From contig CAYHIK010000001.1 of NCBI GenBank assembly GCA_964356795.1, forward strand, positions 3,111 to 67,110: 64,000 nucleotides of DNA. Direction: 5' to 3'. Below, piece after piece: positions 36,072-46,271 of the stretch. Under the pieces are notes generated by a model, which was not told where the DNA came from, made no database searches, and saw nothing but the letters and a program-made list of their open reading frames with translations. Position numbers and translations under genes: made by a program. Source of the DNA: an uncultured Candidatus Saccharibacteria bacterium (GTDB lineage Bacteria; Patescibacteriota; Minisyncoccia; 2-02-FULL-40-12; GWA2-44-9). The first letter of the stretch is position 1, and each line of letters starts with the position of its first letter.

Positions 36072-36968
36072 TCACTGCGACTCATAGAGTAACCGATGTA
36101 TAACTTCACGGACATTATGATGATCCACCAGAATCGATTCGAGCGCATTCAGGAGTATTAAATCGGGATGATGGCCAATCATCTGTAGTATCGGCATCAG
36201 CGACGTAATTCCCTCGCACGAGACGTGCGTTACGCCGGACCGCGCAAGCTCAACGCCCGCGGTGTGGTTCTTCGAATGCTTCGAAATACCTGTTGCAACC
36301 AAGTCACCGATGCCCGCAATCGAAAGTATAATCTCACGGTCAATGCGAATATGGCGCGCAATTGCAATCATCTCTCGAACTGCCTGAGAAAAGAGCCAGC
36401 CCCGAGCATTTCCACCCAATGCAAGCCCATCCCCCATACCCATCATGATTGCATAGATGTTTTTAAGTACACCGGCATACGAAACCGAGCGCATATCCGA
36501 CGTTATTTGTGTTCGAAGTGGCGACCCATCAAATACCGAGGAAACTTTGTGTGCGCAGTCATCAGACGATGAAGCAATGAGTGCCATTCCGGGAAGTCCC
36601 GATGCCAACTCATGCGCAAGCATCGCACCACTCATCACCACAATGCAGTGTTTGGGCAGTAGCTCTTCGCACACCTGATACATTGCGAGCCCAGAAGGTG
36701 CTTCAATCCCTTTCGCAAGAGTAACAATAGGGGTCAACGAAGGCACGAGTGCAGAAATACGCGTCACCGCGGTACGCATCGCGCCACTGGGCACACAAAG
36801 AAAAATCACATCTACAGTAGGAACAGTTGATTCAAGCGGAGCACATCCTCCAGGGCACTTGCTTGCATCAATATCCCAATACGAAACTGCGGCATGCTCA
36901 CTCGAGATAATTCCGCCCAGTGACGTGCCAAGCGCCCCTGCGCCAATAATGAGAACGTGTTGTTGCAT
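36072..36968 (-). CDS. gpsA: NAD(P)H-dependent glycerol-3-phosphate dehydrogenase
   Basis: IIGAGALG, AKGIE, GVLKNIYAI..G, AGIGDLVAT and S.N motifs. Confidence 0.88.
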   Translation of the reverse strand: MQQHVLIIGAGALGTSLGGIISSEHAAVSYWDIDASKCPGGCAPLESTVPTVDVIFLCVPSGAMRTAVTRISALVPSLTPIVTLAKGIEAPSGLAMYQVCEELLPKHCIVVMSGAMLAHELASGLPGMALIASSSDDCAHKVSSVFDGSPLRTQITSDMRSVSYAGVLKNIYAIMMGMGDGLALGGNARGWLFSQAVREMIAIARHIRIDREIILSIAGIGDLVATGISKHSKNHTAGVELARSGVTHVSCEGITSLMPILQMIGHHPDLILLNALESILVDHHNVREVIHRLLYESQ

Positions 36969-37000
36969 GTGTTGCACCTCTCTATAAAGTATAGCACGCA

Positions 37001-37028
37001 AAAAAAGACCAACCCACGCGGGTTGGTC
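37001..37028 (-). terminator. Intrinsic terminator after maf
   Basis: GACCAACCC/GGGTTGGTC stem plus T-run on the - strand. Confidence 0.75.
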
Positions 37029-37035
37029 ACATCCC

Positions 37036-37626
37036 CTAATCCTTCAGCAGATGCAGGGTCAAATGCAGGAACCGACTCGGAAGCCCCTGAATCGTCTCTG
37101 GGTCTCCGGCCACGTCCAAGATGTGGTCGGAAAATAGCGGATGCTCCATCGTGAATGCGCCCGACCACCCCATCGCGGTCCCGTCAGCGATAATCTCGTC
37201 GATGCGCTGTGGCGAAAAGGGAGTGAACGCGATTGAAGCAGTATCTACGACGAGCGCGGAATAGTCCTTTGAAGCTCCGCCATGCCCATCGACACGAAGC
37301 GCATACATCGCGGTCACGCACTCAGGAACAAATCGTCGATACGACCGTAGCCATACACGCGCCTCATTCTCAGATGATGGCTTCTCACGAATACTACCAT
37401 CCATCATCTGAACTACCGTATCGGCAGTGAAGATGAGCGCCGGCTCAGAAAGCATCGCCGCAATCGCCTCTGCCTTCGCACACGCAACCTTGATGGTCAC
37501 GGAGTGCGCCGACGTTCGCGGAAACACGTTCTCGTCGATGTTCGGGGCGATGATGTCAAACTCTGGCACCACCCTCCGCATAATCTCCGCACGTCTCACC
37601 GAACTCGAACCAAGAATGATTCTCAA
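37036..37626 (-). CDS. maf: Maf-family nucleoside triphosphate pyrophosphatase
   Basis: IILGSSSVRR, IDE, KAEA, TADTVV, EKP and GLP motifs; SD AAGGAGG before TTG. Confidence 0.85.
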   Translation of the reverse strand: MRIILGSSSVRRAEIMRRVVPEFDIIAPNIDENVFPRTSAHSVTIKVACAKAEAIAAMLSEPALIFTADTVVQMMDGSIREKPSSENEARVWLRSYRRFVPECVTAMYALRVDGHGGASKDYSALVVDTASIAFTPFSPQRIDEIIADGTAMGWSGAFTMEHPLFSDHILDVAGDPETIQGLPSRFLHLTLHLLKD

Positions 37627-37684
37627 TGCACCCTCCTTGCAAGGGTTTTATTATGACATATTTCGTGATATTTGCAATATCACC

Positions 37685-40363
37685 CTACGCGCCGTGGCAC
37701 TTCTTGTATTTCTTTCCACTACCACAGGGGCAGGGGTCGTTGCGGCCGATGTGCTCGCTGTGAATTTCCGATTCCGATGCGCCCGCATCGCCTGATTGAA
37801 GCGATGCGATTGGCTTCTCGCCAGAAATATCGGGGCGGAGCTCGATAACATTCTTCGGTCGCTCATCGTGCATCACCTGCACACGGAATATGACGCTCGC
37901 AACGCGGGCGGCAACACTTGCGAGCAGTTGCACGTACATCTGCTGAGATTCGATTTTGTATTCAACTAAGGGGTCTCGCTGACCATACGCGCGAAGACGC
38001 ACCGACTCTCGCAAGTATTCCATCGCCTCGATGTGGTCTACCCACACATCATCAATCGTGCGCAAGATGACCGCTGTCTCAATCTGTCGTAGTTGCTCTG
38101 CACCGACGCGCTGTTCGTGGACACCATAGAGACGCTCAATTTCATCCTGCAAAAACGCGATAAGCTCTTCAGGGTCAGCGACACCACTCGAAGTGCAGTC
38201 AAGAAGTAATTGGTGAAGAGAATCCTCAAATGGAGCAACCGCTTTGCACGCTTCGGTAATTTCTTCGGTGTTGACCTCGCCCGTCTCAGCGCTCACATGA
38301 GCGCGCACGACATGCTCAACCTGCGACTGGAGGTAGTCAACGACTCGGTCGCGACTACTCGCACCCATGAGCACCTCGCGACGAAGCGCGTACATCGTCT
38401 CGCGATGCTTGTTCATCACATCGTCATACTCGAGCACGTATTTGCGCATATCGAAGTTGTGTCCCTCGATGCGACTCTGCGCTTGCGCAATTGAGCTTGA
38501 AACAAAACGATTCTCGATGACATCTTCATCGGTCACGCCAAGCGTATTCATCATATTGGTGAGTCGGTCTCCACCGAAGATTCTCACGAGCTCGTCTTGC
38601 GTTGATACGAAGAATTGACTCGCGCCTGGATCCCCTTGTCGGCCCGCACGGCCACGAAGCTGGTCATCAATACGGCGAGCTTCATGACGCTCAGTACCAA
38701 ACACCGCAAGCCCACCGAGCTCGCGTACACGAATAGCTTCTGCCTCATCGACAGGATTTCCACCTAAGATAATATCGACACCACGACCAGCCATGTTGGT
38801 GGCGACCGTGACTGCACCCACCCTGCCTGCCTGCGCAATGATTTCGGCCTCACGCTCGTGGTTCTTTGCATTGAGCATTTGGTGACGCACGCCTGAACGC
38901 GTAAGCAACAACGAGAGCGTCTCGTTCTTTTCGATAGAGACCGTACCTACCAGCACCGGCTGACCGGTTTCATTTCTCTTTTTGATTTCTTCCGCGAGTG
39001 CGCGAAACTTCCCCTCTTCGGTTTTATAAATTCGGTCGGGTAAATCCTTGCGAACCATCGGCTTGTTGGTGGGCACGATGACGACATCAAGCTTATATAC
39101 TTTGTGGAATTCTTCTGCGGATGTGCGGGCGGTTCCCGTCATGCCTGAAAGCTTCGTGTAGAGACGGAAGTAATTCTGGAATGTCACCGTCGCAAGCGTG
39201 CGACTCTCGCGCTGAACCTTGACGCCTTCCTTTGCCTCGATTGCTTGATGAAGTCCATCTGACCAGCGACGGCCCGGCATAAGGCGACCCGTGAACTCAT
39301 CGACGATAATCACCTCGTCATTCTTCACCACGTAGTCGCGGTCGAGCTTGAAGAGCACCTGAGCACGAAGCGCCTGCTCGAGGTGATGCACATACCGAGC
39401 GCCACCCTCTTCATAGATATTGGCGATACCCATACGTCCCTGAACTTTTTCTATTCCTGCATCCGTGATACTGACAGCCTTGAGTTTTTCGTCGATATTG
39501 TAATCTTCGCCCTCTTTCAGGTGTGGTACGACGCGAGAAAATGATGCGTAGAGTTGTCCTGATTCTTCGTCGGGACTTGAGATGATGAGCGGGGTGCGCG
39601 CTTCATCGATAAGAATTGAGTCGACTTCGTCGACGATGGCAAAATGATGAGTATGCTCGGGGCGCTGTGCCATCGCGGACACCTGGCTCGCCATGTTATC
39701 GCGCAGATAATCGAATCCGTATTCGTTATTGGTTCCATAGGTGATATCTGCCTCGTATGCCTGCCTACGCTCTACGGGGCGAAGGAACTCATGCACCACA
39801 CGGAATGAGCCGGTCGCATCGCGCTCTTCATCGAGCGCCTCTTCCTGCTCTGGCTTCACGTGTGACGGATCGTAGAGATAACTCGAATCATGATTAAGGA
39901 CACCGACGCTCATGCCAAGCGCATAATAAATCTGGCCCATCCACGTCGCATCGCGACGACTGAGGTAGTCGTTCACAGTGACCACGTGCACGCCTTTGCC
40001 AGAAAGCGCATTCAGATACGCGGGAAGTGTCGCAACAAGCGTCTTTCCCTCTCCAGTGCCCATCTGCGCGATGGAACCGCGGTGCAACGCGATACCACCC
40101 ATCAACTGCACATCGAAGTGGCGCTTCCCCGATACGCGTCGAGATACCTCGCGCACCGCGGCAAATGCCTCGGGGAGAATATCGTTGAGGGTTTCCCCCT
40201 CGCTGAGGCGTGCCTTAAAAATCTTCGACAACTCTCGAAGCTCGATATCGGTGCGGGCGCGCATACCCTCTTCGTGGCCGTTGATAGCCGCTACGGTGGG
40301 CTGCATCGCTCGAATGGTTCGAGCGTTTGCGTCGGGAAATAGTTTTGAGATGAATTCAAACAT
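37685..40363 (-). CDS. secA: Preprotein translocase ATPase SecA
   Basis: MGTGEGKT, DEVDSILIDEARTPLIIS, ATNMAGRG.DI, QLRGRAGRQGDPG and C-terminal CPCGSGKKYKKCH motifs. Confidence 0.99.
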   Translation of the reverse strand: MFEFISKLFPDANARTIRAMQPTVAAINGHEEGMRARTDIELRELSKIFKARLSEGETLNDILPEAFAAVREVSRRVSGKRHFDVQLMGGIALHRGSIAQMGTGEGKTLVATLPAYLNALSGKGVHVVTVNDYLSRRDATWMGQIYYALGMSVGVLNHDSSYLYDPSHVKPEQEEALDEERDATGSFRVVHEFLRPVERRQAYEADITYGTNNEYGFDYLRDNMASQVSAMAQRPEHTHHFAIVDEVDSILIDEARTPLIISSPDEESGQLYASFSRVVPHLKEGEDYNIDEKLKAVSITDAGIEKVQGRMGIANIYEEGGARYVHHLEQALRAQVLFKLDRDYVVKNDEVIIVDEFTGRLMPGRRWSDGLHQAIEAKEGVKVQRESRTLATVTFQNYFRLYTKLSGMTGTARTSAEEFHKVYKLDVVIVPTNKPMVRKDLPDRIYKTEEGKFRALAEEIKKRNETGQPVLVGTVSIEKNETLSLLLTRSGVRHQMLNAKNHEREAEIIAQAGRVGAVTVATNMAGRGVDIILGGNPVDEAEAIRVRELGGLAVFGTERHEARRIDDQLRGRAGRQGDPGASQFFVSTQDELVRIFGGDRLTNMMNTLGVTDEDVIENRFVSSSIAQAQSRIEGHNFDMRKYVLEYDDVMNKHRETMYALRREVLMGASSRDRVVDYLQSQVEHVVRAHVSAETGEVNTEEITEACKAVAPFEDSLHQLLLDCTSSGVADPEELIAFLQDEIERLYGVHEQRVGAEQLRQIETAVILRTIDDVWVDHIEAMEYLRESVRLRAYGQRDPLVEYKIESQQMYVQLLASVAARVASVIFRVQVMHDERPKNVIELRPDISGEKPIASLQSGDAGASESEIHSEHIGRNDPCPCGSGKKYKKCHGA

Positions 40364-40399
40364 GAGATGCATGTCGCCTGCGGTGCAGGCGACGTATAC

Positions 40400-40732
40400 C
40401 TACTCTTCCGAGGGCTTCCGCTGGGCGTCTGAGTGCTTTTCTTTGACCTTTTTAATCTGCACCTTCATCGCATCCTTGGCATCAACGATTGCTGCATGGA
40501 GGTCGTAGTTATTCGACTCAGTGCGAAGAAGTTGACCTGGAATTGAGATATTGATTTCAGCGTAATAGATGGCTCCACTCTGATGATGATTCGATGGAAT
40601 CGAAACTTCGACACGTGCACTCGCCTCACCCATTTCTCCGATAAGATGCTCGAGATCTGCGACTTTCTCCTCAATAAATGCGCGGAGCGGGGCGTTAAGC
40701 TCGATATTTTTCGCGTGAATATCAATATTCAT
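40400..40732 (-). CDS. hpf: Ribosome hibernation factor (HPF/RaiA, short form)
   Basis: MNIDIHAKNIEL...LRAFIEEK...DLHAAI; typical position upstream of secA. Confidence 0.85.
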   Translation of the reverse strand: MNIDIHAKNIELNAPLRAFIEEKVADLEHLIGEMGEASARVEVSIPSNHHQSGAIYYAEINISIPGQLLRTESNNYDLHAAIVDAKDAMKVQIKKVKEKHSDAQRKPSEE

Positions 40733-40773
40733 AGTATCTATATTATACGCTTTTTCCTTTGATTTTTCAACCG

Positions 40774-42525
40774 CTACCGCAGGATATCAGCACCCGTCGC
40801 ATACCATGAAACCTCTGCATCGTTCACCGTGAATATCGCTCCCCAGTCTCGACCTGAGGCGTCCCACTGGGTTGCAGTGATGTTCATCCAGTGCTTCGTG
40901 CCATCCGGCCACACCGCATATACTTTTTTCTGGCTTTGCGCACGCACGTAGTTGCTCGTGGTGTATCGGGCGAAGATATCGTCAGGCACTTCTATTACCG
41001 GCCTCGACTCAAATCCATACAACTCAAGCACGCCCCTCGGAAGATAGCGCCGATACGCGCCCCACACGACATAAACCTCATCCTGCCCCGCACGACGAAT
41101 TAAATCACCATCAGAAAGTTGCACGTATTGTGGGGCGGGCACATTTGGAGTCGGAGTCGGACTCTGCGCTATATTCGTCGACACCAACGAAGCGTCACCT
41201 ATACCGACAGAGACTGACACCGCCCGCACATCAACACTCCGCGTCCCAACGGGTTGCATCGAACCATAGGATATCGCGACCGCGACGGATGTGAGCGGGA
41301 CTCCGCTTCGTTGAGCGGGTATGGGCACATCTGCTATACCCCCAACTGATACAAATGGCACTATCGAAATCTGCGAATTCTGATAGGTCCCAATCACAGC
41401 GCCACGCCACGCCACATCTGAAGCTCCCTGGATACGAATGCGAGCATCAGGATGAGATGCTGTGGTGTTCGTCATTATCGCCTTGAACCAAAGAGGCTGC
41501 CACTCTCGAACTGAATACGTGAAGTTTGCGCGCGTCGAAACATCGATAGTTGCCTGTAATGTCGGCGGAACATGAAGCGCCTGCAATCCACTTCGGATGT
41601 AGCCGTACTTTGAATTGGTTGTTCGATCGTTGAGATATGATGCAACCATCCAGTCGACAAACACGTCACCAAATGAGCGAGCCTCCCCGCCTTGGCGAAG
41701 CGCCGACTCCACCGCCGAAACTCCTGCCATATCGTTGTGCATCGAATTCGCAATGACATCGGCTCCATAGTGATCCACAATATAATGCGCAAAGAGCGAA
41801 GCGACGGCATAATCATTCGACGTGTTGGGCCACTCTACGAGCGAGTCGGAAGGTGACTGCGCAAACGTATCCATCCGACGCTGAAGCGTACTTCCTCCAA
41901 ATGGCTCGCTGTACCCGGCCAGCGTGATTGCGTATTCACTGCGCGCCTCGTTGAGCCACACGTCATCCATGACATCACGCAAAAGTTCTTTCTGATTAAA
42001 TGAGATGAGATGCTGGAACTCATGCACGAGAAATGTCTTCGCATTCCCCGTGAGCGCGCTCTCTGCGCTGACAAATATCATCTCGCGCGCATTACTCGCC
42101 GATGCCCGCTCTTGTGAGTAGTTGTGGATCGTCTCAAAGTACCCACCGCTCCCGCCCACAAGGCGCTCGAGGAGAATGACTACGTGCGGATCTCCGTCAA
42201 CGCCAGGGTTTGCCTCTTTACCCCAAAATTCCGTGGAGCGAGGATAGATGACAGCATCGAATTCATTCGCAAGCGTTGTAAGATTCGCCGCGTAGCGTTG
42301 CTGCTGATCAAATGGGAGCGATGACCAATATCGATCGTCAACATAAAAATATGCGTGCTGGCTCACGTTCCGAAGCGTGGCAGAAAGAGTGTTCGCGCCG
42401 CTCGCATCGTAGAGTACGTTTACTCGAAATGTCTGAATTTGACCAAGTGTATCGGCATACACAGCCCGAGCGCCACTCAAAAAGAGCGTAAGTATGAGGC
42501 CGGTAGCAACAACGTATCGCTTCAT
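40774..42525 (-). CDS. Secreted zinc metallopeptidase-like surface protein (M30-like) with C-terminal repeat domains
   Basis: Signal peptide, GGYF, HEFQHLI, WLNEARSE; Pro/Thr linker; DGDLIR....VYVV-type repeats. Confidence 0.75.
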   Translation of the reverse strand: MKRYVVATGLILTLFLSGARAVYADTLGQIQTFRVNVLYDASGANTLSATLRNVSQHAYFYVDDRYWSSLPFDQQQRYAANLTTLANEFDAVIYPRSTEFWGKEANPGVDGDPHVVILLERLVGGSGGYFETIHNYSQERASASNAREMIFVSAESALTGNAKTFLVHEFQHLISFNQKELLRDVMDDVWLNEARSEYAITLAGYSEPFGGSTLQRRMDTFAQSPSDSLVEWPNTSNDYAVASLFAHYIVDHYGADVIANSMHNDMAGVSAVESALRQGGEARSFGDVFVDWMVASYLNDRTTNSKYGYIRSGLQALHVPPTLQATIDVSTRANFTYSVREWQPLWFKAIMTNTTASHPDARIRIQGASDVAWRGAVIGTYQNSQISIVPFVSVGGIADVPIPAQRSGVPLTSVAVAISYGSMQPVGTRSVDVRAVSVSVGIGDASLVSTNIAQSPTPTPNVPAPQYVQLSDGDLIRRAGQDEVYVVWGAYRRYLPRGVLELYGFESRPVIEVPDDIFARYTTSNYVRAQSQKKVYAVWPDGTKHWMNITATQWDASGRDWGAIFTVNDAEVSWYATGADILR

Positions 42526-42581
42526 GCGTACAGCATAGCAAAATAGCCATCCCCGTTCGAGCTTCTTTCCACAGGCAGAGT

Positions 42582-42610
42582 TTGACTAATTAGCAGTTTA
42601 TCTATATAAT
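42582..42610 (+). promoter_or_regulatory. sigma70-type promoter of the sugar transferase
   Basis: TTGACT-17 nt-TATAAT. Confidence 0.75.
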
Positions 42611-42620
42611 ATAGTATCCT

Positions 42621-43985
42621 ATGAGGAAGATTTCCCTCTTATTTTCTGACTTTTTGGCATTTTATGGGGCTCTAGCGCTCATACTTTTGGCACGATATGG
42701 CGCCTCCCAATGGTCTAACCAGTGGGATGTCCACGTCGCGCCATTCTCGATTTTGCTCGTGGTATGGATTTTTGCACTCTACATCGCAAATCTCTATGAA
42801 CAGCGCACCATGCGTAATGACCGTGCGTTCTTCGAGCGACTCGCCCAGGCAATGACCGTTGCAACCATTGCGTCGATTATCTTCTTCTATCTTATCCCTA
42901 CGTTCGGCATCGCCCCAAAGCTAAACCTATTCTTGTTCCTCATCACACTCGCCGCGCTCATGTGGGCGATCCGACTCGGCTACAACCGCGTACTCGCATC
43001 GGGCTCAAAGAAAAACATCCTCGTCGTTGGCCATAATCAAGAATCACTTGAGCTTGTTCAGTTCATTTCCGAAAATCCCCAGTTCGGATACCGTGTTGCG
43101 GGAATCCTCCGCATCGGCCAGCATGAGCTCCCACTCGATGAACGCCCCATCTTGTGCCCCATCATCGAATCTCTCCAGGACGCGCCTGCGTTCATCGACA
43201 CAGAAGATATTGCGCTTGTCGTCATTAGCCCGTCAGCGTATGCGATGCGGGAAGTGGTAGACCTCTTCTTTGGCACGCTTTCCCAGCGCGTCGACTTCAC
43301 GAAGCTCGCCACATTCACCGAGACACTCACCGGCACCGTGCCATTGGGAGCCATCGACCAAACATGGTTCCTCGACAATATCTCGCAACACTCTCGTCGT
43401 GCATTCGACGTCATCAAGCGCGCCACGGATATCGCAGCCGTCGTCGTGCTTGGAATTCCAACGCTCGCGATACTACCATTCGTAGCGCTTGCAATTTATG
43501 CCGAATCCCCGGGCCCCATCTTCTTCACCAATCGACGCACTGGCCGAGGCGGTAAGCCGTTTGATATGTTGAAGTTCCGCTCCATGCGACCCGACGCTGA
43601 ACGCACCACCGGTGCTGTGTGGGCATCACAGAACGACCCCCGCGTAACCCGCGTCGGCAAATTCCTTCGCACCACTCGAATTGATGAACTCCCTCAACTC
43701 GTCAACATTCTCCGCGGAGAAATGTCCCTTGTTGGTCCGCGAGCAGAACGCCCAGAATTCGACTCTCAACTCGCTACCCAAATCCCCTTCTATCGAGAGC
43801 GCTATCTCATCAAACCAGGACTCTCAGGTTGGGCACAAATTAACTACCCGTATGGGTCTTCCGTGCAGGACGCGGAGCATAAGCTCGAGTACGATCTCTA
43901 CTATATCAAGCATCGTTCACTCGTGCTTGATGTCGAGATTATCCTCAAAACAATCAATATCTCGATTCGACGGGCGGGGCGCTAG
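42621..43985 (+). CDS. Priming polyprenyl-phosphate glycosylphosphotransferase (WcaJ/WbaP family)
   Basis: KFRSM, DPRVTRVGKFLR.TRIDELPQL.NILRGEMSLVGPR, KPGLSGWAQ and YDLYY motifs. Confidence 0.94.
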   Translation: MRKISLLFSDFLAFYGALALILLARYGASQWSNQWDVHVAPFSILLVVWIFALYIANLYEQRTMRNDRAFFERLAQAMTVATIASIIFFYLIPTFGIAPKLNLFLFLITLAALMWAIRLGYNRVLASGSKKNILVVGHNQESLELVQFISENPQFGYRVAGILRIGQHELPLDERPILCPIIESLQDAPAFIDTEDIALVVISPSAYAMREVVDLFFGTLSQRVDFTKLATFTETLTGTVPLGAIDQTWFLDNISQHSRRAFDVIKRATDIAAVVVLGIPTLAILPFVALAIYAESPGPIFFTNRRTGRGGKPFDMLKFRSMRPDAERTTGAVWASQNDPRVTRVGKFLRTTRIDELPQLVNILRGEMSLVGPRAERPEFDSQLATQIPFYRERYLIKPGLSGWAQINYPYGSSVQDAEHKLEYDLYYIKHRSLVLDVEIILKTINISIRRAGR

Positions 43986-46255
43986 GGGCGACCGCCAAGA
44001 GAAATGATGAATTGCGTTGCTGCGTCAATCACCGCCTGATCACCATTCGCCAGCTCAATCACCTTACGCGCCGCAGTAATCGCATCTTGAACCCTACCAA
44101 GATTGGCATAGGTATCTGCGAGTAACCTCATATACTCAAGATTCGCGGGGAAATTTTTCACCATGAGCTCAAGTACTTGGGCCGCGTTTGCCATATCGTT
44201 GAGTCGAAGATGAGTATCGAGCAGCCGCTGCGCATCCTCCTCGCTCATTGCGTATCCCTTGTTCACGGCCATCGTCATTAATTTTGCAGCATCCTTGAGA
44301 ATCACCGGGTCATTCCCCTTGCCCGCCATCGCAAGCCGTACGGAACCAAGATACCAATATGAAACTCCCACCTCTGGTTGTAGGTCTACTGCTTTCTTGA
44401 ACCACTGGTATGCCGAGAGATAGTCGGCCTTGTTGAGATACACCTGCGCAATTTCATAATACGTGCGCACAAAGGTTGGGCTAATATCGAGCGCCTTCAT
44501 AGATTGCTCGAGTGCCATGTCGTTGTACGGACTCTTAGAGCTTGTGGAGCCCAGCGTACTATACACGCGCGAGAGGTAGAGGTAGGGCAAGTAGTCGAGC
44601 GGATTCTCCTGGATATTCTTTTTTACATCCTCCGCGACGCGCAGAGAAACTTTCTCAAAATCTGGAATCTTGGAAATATCAGTTGTAGAACCAAGTTCGA
44701 GCAAGTACTGCGCGAAGCGATGGCGATATTCGTATCGTCCAGGCACATCGTACTCAATCGCTTCTCGGTATTTATTCACCGCGCCAACCCAATCGCCGTC
44801 CCAACTCGCAACAATCGCGCGAGTTGAGGCATAGTTCGCAAACGATGGCCGCACATTTGTGCCATACACGAATAGCGCCGTAACGATAGCCAGGAGTCCC
44901 GCAACGAATATCTGCGGAGCGGACCACGACACACGCCGAGCAATCTTGAGCGGGGCAGCATCGACGGAGCGCCACGCAACGTGAATGACGTACCCAAGCA
45001 ACGTGAAGAACGTGATGAAATTGGCGCTCGTATCGAAGATAAAGGAATTGTGCACGACGTAGGCAATCGTCATCGCAGTAAATCCAATACCAAGCACACG
45101 CTCATCGCCACCACGCTTCATCATGTGAGCCAACGCGATAAAGAGCATCGCAAACATCGAGAGATATGAGAGCAACCCCACCAGACCCATCGTCACGAGC
45201 ACCTCCATAAACATATTATGGGCGCGATCAAAGAAAGTCTCCGATCCTGGTCCATTGAAGAACTTCGGATTGAAGTGCTTGCTAAACGGTATATTGAAGT
45301 TTTCCGGACCCCAGCCGACGAGCATCGTCTTCGGGCTTTCGCTCCATCCCTTAAGCCCCGCTGACCATGCCCAAAAACGAGTTTGCACGGTAAAGGTACT
45401 CGAAGAGAAATCGGTTACACGACGCAAGTACGGCGAATTCTGTACGAGTGAGGTCGGGCGAAGTGCAAGCCCGAGGAATACGAACACGATAACGCTCGTC
45501 AATCCTCCGAGAAGCAACTTCTTCGCAAGCTTGCTCCGATTGAGTACACTCCAGAGAAGGGCCCAGCTAATACCACCCAAGACAATACCAATGAGCGATC
45601 CGCGGACAGCGGTCGAAATAACCGCTCCAAGCATGAGGGCGGCCGCGCCTCGATACCATATCCTCCAATTCTTCGTCGTGCGACTCATGAATGACATCGT
45701 GAGCGCTAAAAATGCAACAAGAATCTGATATCCCGCAAAGAGCGCCGTGTTCCCAATAGTTCCGAAAATTCTCGCTCTTCCCCCGCCACCCATAATAAAG
45801 CTCAAGTCGGTCTTCTGGAGCACGCCGTACATTGCTGAAAGAAAACCAACGCCCACAAAAAGATTCAAAAGAATATCCCAATCATTGCGCGTTCGCACCA
45901 CAGAAACGAGCATCACTAGGTACGCCACATAGTGCCAAAAAGTGAACAGGCCACCCATACGCTCGAGCGTGCCCCAGAAACTCTGGAGAAATGCCACAGA
46001 TGTTGCGGTGGTGAGCGAGAATGCGGCCGCAAATGCAAGGAACGCCCACAGAATCGGGTGGCCTTTCGGTAAATAGCTCCGATCACGCCATACCAGCAAG
46101 GCGTAGAGCGGAATCATGATTTGAACGATGCTTCGAAATATAACCACCTTTCCGAAATGGAACGGCGAAACGTACTGACTAAAAATAATCAGCGGTACAA
46201 ACGCGATTGCGTAGATTGCATAGCGCAAGCACCGAGAGAGGAATGATTCGTTCAT
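43982..46255 (-). CDS. O-antigen ligase-like membrane protein with C-terminal TPRs
   Basis: SFWGTLERMGG, RIFGTIGN, GWGPENF and DRAHN motifs; helical TPR-like C-terminus. Confidence 0.88.
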   Translation of the reverse strand: MNESFLSRCLRYAIYAIAFVPLIIFSQYVSPFHFGKVVIFRSIVQIMIPLYALLVWRDRSYLPKGHPILWAFLAFAAAFSLTTATSVAFLQSFWGTLERMGGLFTFWHYVAYLVMLVSVVRTRNDWDILLNLFVGVGFLSAMYGVLQKTDLSFIMGGGGRARIFGTIGNTALFAGYQILVAFLALTMSFMSRTTKNWRIWYRGAAALMLGAVISTAVRGSLIGIVLGGISWALLWSVLNRSKLAKKLLLGGLTSVIVFVFLGLALRPTSLVQNSPYLRRVTDFSSSTFTVQTRFWAWSAGLKGWSESPKTMLVGWGPENFNIPFSKHFNPKFFNGPGSETFFDRAHNMFMEVLVTMGLVGLLSYLSMFAMLFIALAHMMKRGGDERVLGIGFTAMTIAYVVHNSFIFDTSANFITFFTLLGYVIHVAWRSVDAAPLKIARRVSWSAPQIFVAGLLAIVTALFVYGTNVRPSFANYASTRAIVASWDGDWVGAVNKYREAIEYDVPGRYEYRHRFAQYLLELGSTTDISKIPDFEKVSLRVAEDVKKNIQENPLDYLPYLYLSRVYSTLGSTSSKSPYNDMALEQSMKALDISPTFVRTYYEIAQVYLNKADYLSAYQWFKKAVDLQPEVGVSYWYLGSVRLAMAGKGNDPVILKDAAKLMTMAVNKGYAMSEEDAQRLLDTHLRLNDMANAAQVLELMVKNFPANLEYMRLLADTYANLGRVQDAITAARKVIELANGDQAVIDAATQFIISLGGRP

Positions 46256-46271
46256 AGTGATATATTCTATT

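Noticed and set aside
42560-42575. TTTCCACA as a DnaA box/origin at the divergent junction
   Set aside because: A single imperfect box with no cluster, and the C-rich + strand skew continues on both sides.
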